Shown: positions 1 to 13,600 of the stretch, in pieces
Numbering within the stretch: the first letter of the stretch is position 1
Layout of the letters: every line of letters starts with the position of its first letter
DNA from: Paraspadella gotoi
Lineage: Eukaryota > Animalia > Chaetognatha
Length of the DNA: 64,000 nucleotides
Assembly (NCBI GenBank): GCA_051294375.1
Contig: CM119266.1
Span: 8,146,606 to 8,210,605, forward strand
Direction of reading: 5' to 3'
Notes under the pieces: model-generated
Seen by the model: the letters and a program-made list of their open reading frames with translations, nothing else
Databases searched by the model: none
What the model was told of the DNA's origin: nothing
Made by a program: the position numbers and the translations under genes

Positions 1-186
1 CTATTTATTTACTTATTTATTCAACGTCATTGGTGTTGTGTTTGTTACGCGTCGCGATGATTGCGTCACGTCCAGGACGACGACGACGACGACGATGATG
101 ACGTCGATTTGAGGACATATGTTTTGCGATTTGGAAATTGCGTTGGAACGGATAGAATAAAAAGGAGAGGAAAGAGAAGAGAAGAG

Positions 187-188
<2 letters not shown>

Positions 189-241
<53 letters not shown>
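189..241. repeat. (GA)n microsatellite, representative of many (e.g. ~7540, 24650-25180, 25795, 29320, 38370, 39757-39856, 40838, 41620, 42368, 51889)
   Basis: Visible directly. Confidence 0.95.
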
Positions 242-244
<3 letters not shown>

Positions 245-585
245 AAGAGAAGAAAGAGAGAGAGAGGAGAGAAAAGTGGGAGAAAAAGGGAGAAACGAGG
301 AAAAAGAAAAAGACGAAGCGAAATCTCTCTCGATCAAGAAGAGGTTGGCGGATTTACTATGAACTTCCGGACGAGTGACAATCGAATTTATTGGGTGTTC
401 TCTCGAAAAAGAGTGATAAATATTCGATTGATTGAGATTGATTGATTGATTAAATAATGAATACTGCTAAGAAGCTCAGAATTATATTGTTTTGATTAAA
501 AGAGCTGAATGATAATTATAAGCAATTTAATGTTTATTCTGTTTACTCAATTCTTATATCAAAACCCTCAACTCCTTTTTCACAG

Positions 586-3500
586 GAGCTCAACGAAACG
601 TGGGAAGAGAAACTCCGCAAGACGGAAGCCGTCAAACAGGAGCGTGAAGCGCTGCTGGCGGAAATGGGCGTGGCCCTGCGTCAAGACGGCGACGCGGTCG
701 GCGTCTTCTCGCCGAAAAAGACGCCGCATCTTTTGAACCTCAACGAAGATCCGTTGATGTCCGAATGTCTGTTGTACTACATCAAGGAAGGCATCACGAG
801 AGTTGGACGACCGGACGCCGGACTCACTCAGGACATACAACTGTGCGGAGCGCATATAGGTGAGTGCACTATGGGGGCGTGGGGGGTGGAATGTTGGAAT
901 AGGAGTGGAGTTGGGTGCTGTGAAAGATCTTTAGTTCATGGACTCGCTGTTAATTTAATCGGTGAGTAATCAATGCATATAATTTAAATGTCTTAAGCCT
1001 ATTAATGCGTTTAAGGTACAGGCTTATCTCTCGGGCTCTTTTGTTATTTTTTGCCTGTAACAAAAAAATCAAAATTATGTGGCCTTTGCTCAATCGCTGA
1101 ATAGGTAGGTAAGTATTAACTCAGTAGTGTCAAGGAACAAACAAATTAGCGAAATTTTTTTTGCTTTGGTCGATGAGAGAGAGAGAGAGATCGAGCTCGG
1201 GGAGCAGAGGGAGGAGAGGAACAGGCGTTGAGAGAGAGGAGGAGGGGAGCGCCATCAGGAGAGGGCGGAGACGAAGGGGACGTAGAAGAAATGAATGCAT
1301 GAGAGAGAAGGATGGGGAACAGGATGAAGCCGTGAGCGAGAGATAAGGGGCGGGGCGGGGGAGGAGCGAGGGGAAGGAGGGAGGGAGAGGCGAGAGGGAG
1401 TAGAGGCGAGGAACGAGGAGGATGGAGAGAAGGAGGAAGCTGGACGGGAGGGGGTGTCCAATGTGAGCGCGCCGAGAGTAGAAGATCGATCTGAGGAAGA
1501 TAAGGAGATGGAGAGAGACGCAATGAGGCACAAGCGAGGAGAAAGCCGAGAGAGATGGGTCGAGCGAGCCAAGGGGATCAGTGCGGGCGGAGCGAGAGCG
1601 GGGTCTTGAGGGATACTGGGAGACGCGAGAGGAGTAGGACACGACGGAGGAGCTGAAAGGCTGGAGATGAGGACGTCGCCTCCGAGAGCGGACGGGAGCC
1701 ACGGGCTAGAGGGGGGACTGAGGGCTGGGTATCGCGGGGCTGGCGTCACGATGTGCGGCTGGGGACGGGCAGAGCAGAAGAGCGATCGGCTTACTGCGGC
1801 GGACGGGACGTGTCCCAGCCCTCCAGGTGGAAGAGTGATATTGGATATGCGGAGTGCGCTGCCCTATCTGCGGGAGCGGACCTGAGAGAATACGGCGGCA
1901 GGAGAAGAGAATGGCTCTGATCGGAGGAGAGGAGAGAGAGAGATCGAGAGAGAGATTCATTTATTTCACAACGCTGGCTGCGAAATTTTTTGCTTGGTCA
2001 TAGAGAAGAAGAGGATGAGAGAGAGAGTATTCCGATTCACAACTATACAAATTTTTTGTCACGGAATTATCATTTTTCTTTCAATCTTCGAATCTACAAT
2101 AAATTAATAGACTTTTGTCGACTATTGCAAACCCAATTATCTCCCGCCAAACCCCTACCGCCGTTTGTCGCGCAGCATGTGGGAGTCCATAGCGCGTCGG
2201 CTGCATCATCCTCTCCGTCGTCGCCTTTTTTCGAAAACGACGAGCCGCTGGAGTCTTTTCTTTTGACGAAGGCATTGACGAGTGTGGCCGCTGCTCAATT
2301 TATGCTGAGGACGCGCGATGCTCTTCTATCGACGAAGGGATTTCCTTCGAGGAAAGTAACGGATTTTCGTCCGGACCTGGAATGGCTCGTCGACGACGGC
2401 TCTTACGACCGGAAGTCGGGCCTTGGAGAGGATTGTCAGAAGCCTTTCGATTGTAATCGGGGCCTCTGTATTGAAGTCAAGCTTGTCGCAGACGAAAAGA
2501 GGTTGGGAGGAAGGAGGCGCAACGCCGCTCATTCTAACCTTTTTCATCACGACTCGCCGAGGGAGAGTTCGAATCGTACATTAGTAAAGCAAAAACTAAG
2601 AGCCCTTATGTTGTTTTGCATTGGATTTATTAGTTTTCCTCGATTCCTTTAAAAGAGTATTTGAGGAAGGAAAAACATACTTTTTATTAGCAAGAATTTT
2701 TTAAATTACCAAACAATTTCTGATTCTTCTAATCTCCTTATGCACGAATAGGTAAGTGATGTGCAATGTTCAGTGAAATGATGATACTGCCCTTGAAGGG
2801 ATGTAAGTAAAAGGTAACTCCTTATTTAGCGTCTAATCGTTTAAAGTTAAAATACATATTGTGGCCCCGTTTGCCCCCAGTAAACGGATTGCTTTTCATT
2901 CCACTTTCTCACCATTCCCCTTCAACAGAGGAAGAGCATTGTATCTTCGACAACAACGACGGCATCGTCATTCTGATGCCAGTCGATTCTGCCACCATCT
3001 ACGTCAACGGGCGCCTGGTCACGGAGCCCACCATCCTCAAAACTGGGGCGCGGGTCATCCTGGGAAAGAATCATGTCTTTCGGTTCAATCACCCCATTCA
3101 GGTTCGTCATCGGGTTCACAATCGAGGGGGCGCGTGAAATCTTGCGTTAGGATTTGATATTTGCATGGTCTTAAAATCTGATTAAAATTTTGTAGCTTGT
3201 TATGGAACCTACGTATGATTAAGATAAGAAATTTGTGATGCGATCGTTGGGTAATTTTTTCTAATTTATTATTAAGTTTAAAATCGGCCTTCAAATTTAA
3301 CTCCACTTTAGCTTTACATTTTTATTAGAATTTAATGAATTCTTATGTCTCTTTATATATGTCTTATGTCTCTTTATATAGTTAAAACCTATTTCTTCGA
3401 ATTATATGTCTTGTTTGTTTGTGTAAATATAAATATTTAAAAAAATGCGATTCAGATATCTGCTGAAATTCAGCTCATAACCATGAACAATTACACTTAT

Positions 3501-6500
3501 CTTGCTTGACTATTAATCAATATTCAAGTCCCCTTTTCTCTTTTCATTTCGTTGACCATTTTTTTTCCTTCCAGGCCCGCGAGTCTCGCAACCTGGGAGG
3601 CATCACGCCGGAAATGATCGCCAGCGTCGGCGGCGTCGGCGGCGGCGGAAGCGTCGGCAGCATGACCTCCTCCTTTGGCGGCGACGAGACGGAACCCATA
3701 GATTGGACCTTCGCTCAGCTGGAGTTGCTGGAGAAGCAGGTTGGGGAAGGAGAATATGCTGCTGGAGTCCGAAGGAAAAAAGCTTATTTTTTTATTGACA
3801 GCGATATATCATTCTTGGAAATAGTTTACTCTTTTATAATTTAAAATATTAACTAATTCGCGCAAATTTTTATTTTTCGTCGAAGGAGAACTGTACAATT
3901 TTCTAAATTTGAACGCGTCTTGAAAAGTTTATTGCTTTTATTGTATTAAATTAACTGGTTTTATTGTAATAATAATAGATTACTACTTACTATACCGAAT
4001 TATATTTGATATTTAAATCTTCTCTTCCGCAGGGGGTCGACCTGAAGCAAGAGATGGAGAAGAAATTGGCATATAATGAAATATAAAAAAAGATTAAACA
4101 AAAACATTTCTCTTTTATCAAGTTTGCTCGTTCATGTTGCGCCTCACGAGAGGCGTGGCTTCTTAGGGAAGATGCGCGCGCGTTTGCCCCCACCAAGTTT
4201 CGTTCGCGCAGAGAAGTGAACTGATGATGGCGACCACATTTCTGAAACGCACCGCCACCACGCCGCGTACATGCATTGATAGCTGCGCGTGGGTGAATTC
4301 ATCTTAGAGGACTTTTTAACTCATCTAGAACAAGATAATTCTCAAAGCTTCTCTTGATATAGAATAATTAAAATTTTCTAAAACTATAAATCAACATTAT
4401 GTTGTTCATTTTCTTATACATAATAGTTAGTTTTGTTGATTTTATATGATTCATTATAAGTAGAAATTAGTTTTATCGGTAACAATAGTTGATAATAACC
4501 ATTAGACAATCCGTCTTTCACATTGCTATACGAATTATATTTCATAATCATATATATATTTACAAATTAGTATCATACAATTTAATTTTACAATAATTTA
4601 CATATCAATCTACAATTAATTTCCCAAACATCCCCCACCTGCCTCTGTACCATTCGGCATTTTGTCGAAAAAGGTCGTCGTCTGTCGCTGGCGACGCCGT
4701 TCGACGTCGTTCGCCCATCGTCAGGATCGAGCTGGACATGATGCTCTGAGTCTCGATCTCTGCTTTGTTGATTCTGCTGAAGCGCAGAGCCTAGAATGTC
4801 AACTTGAACTATGCGGGTGTGGTCGGTGAATGAAAAAAATTGTCATTTCAATTTAATTCTAACAGGCATAGTAAAATAAGATAAGCATGTCTAGCCTCGT
4901 GGCTCAAGGAAATTTAATGGCAGTGATTACAAATCGTAAAAACCGTAAATATCAAAGCTGACTGAAGTTTATTTTCAAATTGCTATTTATTTAATCTCAC
5001 TTTTTTCTTTTTTAACACTACTTAAAAACAAGGAAACCTATAAGTTGTGTTTAAAACAAATCTTCCCACTCATAGCTCACCAATTATCGAGCTACGGCTC
5101 AATTTCCTTTCGACAATATTAATCTTTCTCCAACATTATCACCCCTCACATTTTCTCTCTCTCCCCCTCTCCGGCCCTACGCAGACCGCCGCAATTTGCT
5201 GCAAAAACCCCAATAACAATACGAACCCGTCTCCACTTTCTCCAACAGCTCCACAGTCCCCATACTCTGCAGCCTCGACTCTAGTCTTTCCTCTTGCTGT
5301 ATCAACGCTGCGTCTCTCCTCGCTCTTCCTATGCTGCTCTTAAATTCCGCTCTTCCATCTCCANNNNNNNNNNNNNNNNNNNNNNNNNGTTTTGTTTTAT
5401 TTTATATTTCATTATAATAATCATTACATTTTCGACTTCAGGTGGAACTGCAAAAACGCGTTGGCTTTCAATTCGTTCTGCTGAGCGACACGCTGTATTC
5501 TCCGTTGCCGCCAGAATTGCAGCCAATGCAAAGAGGAGGAGGAGGAGGAGGAGGAGTGGGAATTGAGAACCCGTTCCCGAGAAGCGTCGTCGCTGTACAA
5601 GTAATGTTGTTAGACATCAATAATTAAAACAATATTATTATGACCACGTTAAGAGCAAGATTAATGATATTAATGGCAAGATCAAGTTTATTACTGATAC
5701 TTATCATCAAATCTGTCAAATAATAATTCCTCCAACCAGACGTTAATAAAAACCACGTCAATAAACAAGAATTATTAGAATTCTCAGTTGTCAAAACAGC
5801 CAAAAAACTGACCAACCAAACCAACCAACCAATGCAAAGCCACCAACTAAATCCCCACTCTGACTACTTTCCAGGTGACCGATCAAAAGAACGGCGCCAC
5901 TCACCTCTGGTCCCTCGAGAAACTTCGCCAGCGTCTCGAGCTCATGAGGGACATGTACCACAACGAGGCGGAGCTGATCCCGGCCCAGGATCAGCAGCAG
6001 CAGCAGCCGCAGCAGAATCAGCAACAACAGCAACAGCAGAACGGCGGGGATCCCTTCTACGACAGATTCCCTTGGTTCCGCGTCGTCGGACGGGGATTCG
6101 TCTACATCAGCAATCTGGTTTATCCTGTCCCTTTGGTGCATCGGGTCTCGGTGGTCAACGAGAGAGGGGCGGTGCAGGTTTGGGATTGGATTCGATGCGA
6201 TGAATGAACGAATGAATTTTGTGAAGTATGAATGATTGAATATGATCATATAAGTTATTGAATAAATGATTGAATACATGGTTGAATAAATGATTTAATA
6301 AATGATTGAATAAAATGGATAAACAATTGGATAGGTTTATTATTAAATGAAGGAATGAATGAATAATTCTAGCATTGGATGAAGAAAGAAATGAATTATT
6401 TAAAAAAATAATGAATGGGTGAATATATAGATGTAAATGTTTAAAGGTAATATATTACGGTAATTAAAAATGAATTAGTTATTTTTAGTGATTGATTTGA

Positions 6501-7535
6501 TTTTCCCCCTTCTCTCTAGGGTCGCCTCAAAATCGCCGTTTCCCCCGTCTTCGAAGACGACGACGACGACGACGAAAACGACGAAGCCCCTCGTCGCGCC
6601 AATCGTCATCCCCCTAGCAACGGAGCGTTGCTTCTCCCTAGCAACGGCGTCCGTCACTCCGGCAACGCCCGCATCTCCTTCGACGACAACGAGTATTTCA
6701 AGAAGAGAAGAGTCAATCCGGTCAGACAGAACGATTACGTCTACGGAGGAGGAGGAGGAGGAGGAGGAGGGGCGGCGCTTAATCGGTCGCGATCCGAGGA
6801 AGATATACGTCGAGTCGTCGAGGGTCGAAGGCAACGGCTCGTCAACGACAGGCAATCAAATCAATCAATCAAATCAATCACTTTATAAGTCCTATTCAGT
6901 ATCGTTGACAAATTAAGTCTGTGCTTGAATTGGTAAATCAATCAATCAGTCATTCTCTTTTTGACACTTTGTGCCAATCAGATAGGTTGGACACTAGCAT
7001 TCAAACAGTCAATCAATCTATCAGTCAGCCATTAGATCCATTATGCAATTTATCTATTAAAGAATTAATCAAATTGTTTAGCGGTGAGCTGATTACTCTA
7101 AACAAATAAATCAATTAATCAATAAATCATTCAACAGTTCTATCTCAAACTAGATTCAATCAATCTGTCAATCAATCGATCAATCAATCCTTCCCTTTCT
7201 CCAACACCATCAGCCTCCTTGCGGAATCCGAGCAGCGTTGGCCCCAGAGTCACATATCCTCGACTTCCGGTTCCGCCTCCTCGTCGCTCCGCACGGCCAC
7301 GCCCACTTCGAGTCGCGACGAATCAGAGTTCGACATCGACGCTCTGCCGCCGCACCTGCAGCTGGGGCGGACTTTCGTGTTTAGGTGTGGGGAGGGGCGG
7401 AAGGGTGAGGCGTGAGAGAAAGAAGGGAAGAAAGAGAGAAAGAAAGAAAAGTGAGAAAGAAAGAAAGAAAGATGGAGAGAGAGGGATGGTAGAGAGAATT
7501 AAAAAAACTAATCAGAAGAGAAAATAAGAAAAAAT

Positions 7536-7617
<82 letters not shown>

Positions 7618-10600
7618 CAGAGAGAATATTTGAATCGAAATATTACAACAGCAGAAAAGAAAGAAAGAAAAAATGAAGGAAAATAGAAGAGACGCCATTG
7701 AAAGTAAATAACCAACTCCCAATACCCTCCATCCTCCCTTCTACCCCCTTCCACCCCCACAACCCCCTCCCCCCACTACTCCAAACAGAGTAACGGTCCT
7801 CGAAGCGGAAGGCGTTCCCCCCGATTTCGTCGACGTCTTTTGTCAATTCAATTTTCTGCATCGTCACGACGAGGCCTTCTCCACTGAGCCGGTGCGGAAC
7901 CCTCCGTCTCGCGGCCCGCTGGACTTTGGCCACGCTCAAAACATCACCGTCACCGTCACCAAATCCTTCATCGACTACATCAAGTTCCAACCGATCGTCT
8001 TCGAGGTCTTCGGCCACTTCCAACCTCCGGCCAACGGACACCGCGGCGATCTGCTGGAGAGTCTCCGGGCGCCGCCGAGGAACCGATTCCCCCACACCCT
8101 GCCAATCTCGGCGCCGGTCCCGAGTCCCAAGTTCGGGGTCTTGCCGCAGTTCACGGGGCGACCCGCCTCGCTGCATTCCAAGTGAGGGAGATGGAGAGGG
8201 GGGGGAAAGGTGGGAGGGGAGATAAGAATAGGAGGAACGAGGGAAGGGAAGGTGAACAAACCAAATGAAAAGTTGGAGATGCCCGCTGAGAATAAAATAA
8301 AATACAATAAAATACAATAAAATAAAATACACTTTTTGTTGACAATGACTTTGAATTTGTTACGCGAGCGAATTGCAAAAGGCCGTTTTAATCATCGTCA
8401 CTTATTTTTCATAATTGCCCCCTTAATTTGTAACGAATTTTTAAAGAAAAACAAGTGACGTTTACGAAAAGTAAGTAAAGAGTAAAAAGGTGAAAGGAAT
8501 TAAATTAGAACTCAGAATTTCTCTGTCGATTTCGGTGATTGGGTTCACAATCGCAATAATCCCTTTTTCTTCGCTCGCACTCTCACACCTTCACTCTCAC
8601 ACTCTCTATCTCTATCACGCTCTCATGCGAAATAGAGATTAAAACACGTCTCTTGTTTCAGTTCCTCACGAATACTTAATAAATTATCGCACAGTATTTT
8701 TCATGCTGTAATTTGATCCTCGTTCTGCTGGAAAAAAGAGTCAAGGAAATTAGAAAATTCACTGAATATAATAACATTTTCAGTATTTAAATCTCACCAA
8801 AGACGTAAACTTTTTTCTCCACAAGGCCAATCACGATTGTTCACATTTTTCTTCCTCAATTTCCGAATTATGAAGTAACAGCCCATTTACAGTCAAAGGC
8901 CAAATAATTTCAACCAATTCTCCAGTTAGTTGGACTGTTAGTCTATTGACAAGATTAAACTTGGTATAAAATTCGTGATTCAGTCTAACAAGCGATTTTT
9001 TTTTATTTTTGAGATAAATTAAACAATGAAAATTCTTTTCCGATTTTTTTGAAAATTTTTATTTATTTATTTTAATCTCAAAAATTAAAAACTGGCTTGC
9101 AAGACTCCATCACTAATTTTGTACCAATTTTACTTTTAAGACAGAATAATGCCTCCGAAACAAACAAAGATAAACATTCTTCATCTTTATGATAATTTAA
9201 CGAATTCAGTTTTGACAACCCGAAGATCCAGCCAATCCTACCTTTTCATGATGTGAACAAAACATCTTAACTGATATTTAACTCCACCCTCAACCCCGCC
9301 CAACCCCTTTTTACTTTCCAACCTCTGCCCCACCTCTCCATCCCCTGCCACGCTCAACCCAGGTACGACCTGATGATCTGGTTCGAGATCTGCGAACTCG
9401 CGCCCAACGGCGACTACCTGCCCGTCTCGGTGGAGGACGTTCACGACCAGCCAGGCATCGGACGCTTCGCCCTGAAGCAGGGGCTGCAGCGCAGGATCAG
9501 CGTGACGATCGTGCACGAGTCCGACATTCCAGACCTCCGATTCAAGGTGAGAGGGATGTGAATAGACGGGGGATGTAAGGTCATGTCATGTCAGGGAATG
9601 AGAAAGGGAGATAAAATGACATCAGGAGAAAGAAATAAAATTGGGTGAAAAAAAGAGAACAAGAGAGAAAGAGAGAAAGAGAGAGAGAGCTAGAGAAAGA
9701 ACGAGAAAGAGAAAGAACAAGAAAGAGTGATAGAGATCAAGAAAGAGTGATAGAGATCAAGAAAGAGAGAGAGAGACTAGCCAAAAAATCCTTCAGGCAA
9801 TCTTCAAGAGTTTCTCAAGAGTTTAAGAGTTTTTCCCTCTCCTTTTCCCTAATCCCCTCTCTGCCAATCGCCAGGACGTCAAGGAGTTGGTTGTCGGACG
9901 CCTGCGGACGACGCCGCTGGCGGGCGGCTGCGGAGAGCCGGAACCGCCCGTCCTGTCCCTGTCGCTGCTGCCGGCCAGTTACACCGAGAACACCGACGAC
10001 GAAAGATCTTTCTTCCACTTTCAGGTCCGGGAATATTTGAGCGTTTTATTTAATTAATGCCGATCGGTTAATTTTTGGTAATCTTGTAAAAAAATTATTT
10101 AGCAATGTTGTAAAAATATTGTAAAAAAATAAACAATACCTTAACATAGTTTTTCAAATAAATGCATAATGGTTGGATACCGAATTTCATAATTTGAATT
10201 TGAGTTTTAAATTTATTGTTGCAAATAATCTCGGACATTGTTCGGTCATTTTCTATTCAAGATTATAATTCAAATTCCCCCCCCCCATCAAACGCACCAC
10301 TCTTCCCTCCAACCACCCTACCACACATTCTGCCCACAGGCCTCTTGGGATTCGTCTCTCCACAACTCTGCCCTGCTCAACCGAGTCACCCCTTCGGGCA
10401 AACAGATCTACATGACTCTCTCCGCTTATTTGGAATTGGAGAATTGCGTTCGGCCAGTCTGTGTGACCAAGGATATCTGCATGGCCGTGTATTCCAGGTT
10501 AGTATTAGGTCATTCTGCTATTCATTGCGACATAATCATTTCATTAACACGTCGCTTTAATACAATACTTAAGACTTCCTTTGGGAGTTTAGCGTCTTTA

Positions 10601-13600
10601 TTATAAAAATTGCAAACATTTTTGATTTGTGTAAGGAGGAGGAATTTATTATTTGTTTTATGATTTTTCATTTTATATTATTATTGCTTAAAATAATTTT
10701 AATTATATAAGGAACTGTCATCATGTTCGAACGTCAAATTTAGTCACAATTTTTCCACGCTAAAATTATTTACATTGTACAATCTAATACTTATTTGTAT
10801 TACTACATGTTTTCATAAAACTTTAAGACACATAAAGACTACCCACCCTATTCCCAATTTTTACTCTCAAAATCATCCACCCCACCCTTTTACAGAGACT
10901 CCCGCCTGACCTCCCCGCGCAACTTCAAGAATCTCTTCGTTTCGTCCGGCGCCAAAGGCGGCGCCACCAACCGCGCCACCGGCGTCTACGAACTCAGCCT
11001 CAAGCGGATGGCGGACGGGTCGGGGTCTCCCGGGGTTCAACGGCGGCAGAGGAGGGTCCTCGACACCTCGTCAGCTTACGTCAGGGGGGAGGAGAATCTC
11101 CAGGTTTGAGAGATTTGGGGGAAGTGGGTGAAGGGTCAGAGAAGGAATGAGGGTTGAAAGGAAAGGAAGGTTCGTGATTCGTAGGTTAAGAGGGGCGAAT
11201 GGTCTATTTTGCAGAGAGCGTCGTGGAGAAAGTCTTAAGGCAATCAATCATTCCGTCAATCAATCAATCAATTTGCCAATTATTCTGTCAGTCATTCCGT
11301 CGACTAATTATTTCGTCGATCAATTAATCCGTCAATCATAACATTAATAAATCAATGACATCCTTTCAATCGGTTGAAAGGATTTAGCATTGTATTGAAA
11401 AAATGTCTCTTCTCCCCAATTCCCATTTCCCTACAACCACCGTATCTCTTCACGTTCTCCACAACCTCAATCCTTCCCCACAACTCTCCCCACAACCCAC
11501 AGGGATGGCGCCCCCGCAGCGACTCCCTCATCTTCGAGCACCAGTGGGAGCTGGAGAAGCTGTCCCGCGTGGAGGATGTGGAGAAGTGTCGCCATCACCT
11601 GCTGCTGCGGGAGAAACTGCGGGAGTCGAAGGTGGGGGAGAGGGGCGAGCTGTCGAAGCTGCAGAAGGAAGTGATCAACCTCAACGCGAAGAGGAGTTCG
11701 ATCGGGTTGGGAGGAGGAGGAGGAGGAGGAGGAGGAGTGGAAGCGGATTCGGAATCGGTTAAGACGGAGGAGGAAAGAGCCAAGGTGAGTTTAGGGGATG
11801 GGAAAAGTTAGTCGAGGGTGAGGTTAATTTTGGGTCAATGTTAGGTTAATGTTAGGTGTCGGGTTGGATACGGAAAATCTTGCTAGTTTTTAATGGTTAT
11901 GAAATTGCTACAACTAACAGCAATTATTTATTTATTCAGTGAAAAGGCTATTTTTCTTCCTGATTTAGGAGTGGCTATGGTTGTGGGACAATTTTTTCAT
12001 AAATAAAACAAAATTTTTTTTTCTTTTATGCCTTTTTTTCTTCTGATACTTACCATTTCTTCCTTCCATCCGTCTCTCTCTCTCTCTCTCTCTCTCTTCA
12101 CCACCCCACCCCACACACAGGATCTCCTTACCAAGTGCCTCCGCCTCCTCACTTCCCGCATCCCCTCCAAAGACCCCCCCACCCCCCTCACCGAGATCAA
12201 CCCACTCACCACCTCCAATTATTCGACGGATCCTTGGACGACTTCGCCGGCTCCGGCGGCGGCGTCGCTGGCGGGTCACGCCCGGGCACGCCCGATCGCC
12301 CGCTTCACCCGGAATTGACCGCCTGTCCCTCGCCGCCGGGGAAGAGCAGCTCCTCTTCCTCCTCGGCCTGCGTCTCCCCAGATTCCGCGCCCGACGATGG
12401 GATTATCCGGGCCGGGGGTTACAGGTGGGGGGGAAGGGTTGGGACAAGGGGTGGGTAATTGGGTTAACGGATGGGCGTGGCGAATAGATGGAGAGGTAGA
12501 GATGAAAACCAGACATCTGAGTAGAGACACTAGTAAAATGTTATGGAAAAAAAAAAGTTTATTTGAATACTTGTTATTTAAAGAAAAAACAAAAACAATA
12601 TGCAAATGAAGTTTAAAATGAGGCTCACCGAAAACAAATGGACAGTCCACAATGAATTATTAGTTCTTTTTGTACCAATGTTCATCCTCGAACATTTTCT
12701 CGTTTCACTCCGACCTTTTTTTGCTGATGTTGTATTCCTCCGAACGCACTCCTTTTCCTCCATCAAAGATCCTCCCGCGCCCCAGCATCGGGCCTCGCTC
12801 CCGGCGACGATCCCGCCATGATGTTGATGTACGTTCCCGACGCGGAAGAGATCCGCGTCTCTCCCGCCATCTCGAGGAAAGGATTCCTCAACTTCCTCGA
12901 CGAATCGACGAACGGTTGGGTCAAGAGGTGGGTCGTCGTCAGGCGACCTTACCTTTTTCTCTACAACAGCGAGAAGGTGGGTGAGGATACTCGCGGAGTT
13001 CTCGTTTCCTTAACACTTTCTTCCTTTTCACTCTGACCACACTTTTCCCAAATTTGTTCAACACATTTGGAAACTGTGTCTATCCCAATTTTTCGCTCTT
13101 TTTTTTTCCTTTTTGTCGTTTCTTCTTCTTTTTATTTTATCTTCTCTCTATTTTCGACCACGCTTTCGACCACAAACACATTCCTAACCACACTTCTCTC
13201 CACCCCCACCTTCCTAGGACCCCCTGGAACGAGGCATCATCAACCTCTCCTCGGCGCAGATCGAGTACAACGAGGAACGCGGGATCCGAGGCGCCAACAC
13301 TTTTTCCATCTGCACCAAAACCAGAGGATTTCTCTTGCAGACTCTCGGGGAGAAGGACATTCACGATTGGCTCTACGCCATCAATCCCTTATTGGCGGGG
13401 ACCATAAGGTGTTAGTAGTCGTGATTGGGCTGTATGCTTGGGCGGGGACCATAAGGTGGTTAAGTAGTCGTGATTGGATGTATGCTTGGGCGGGGACCAT
13501 AAGGTGGTTAAGTAGTCGTGATTGGATGTATGCTTGGGCGGGGACCATAAGGTGGTTAAGTAGTCTTGATTGGATGTATGCTTGGGCGGGGACCATAAGG

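Noticed and set aside
1150-2030. Purine-rich stretch producing several long Ser/Leu/Pro and Arg/Glu ORFs
   Set aside because: It looks like a noisy read through a (GA)n tract, bracketed by near-duplicate GCGAAATTTTTTGC..TGGTC at ~1150 and ~1980; the ORFs are compositional artefacts.
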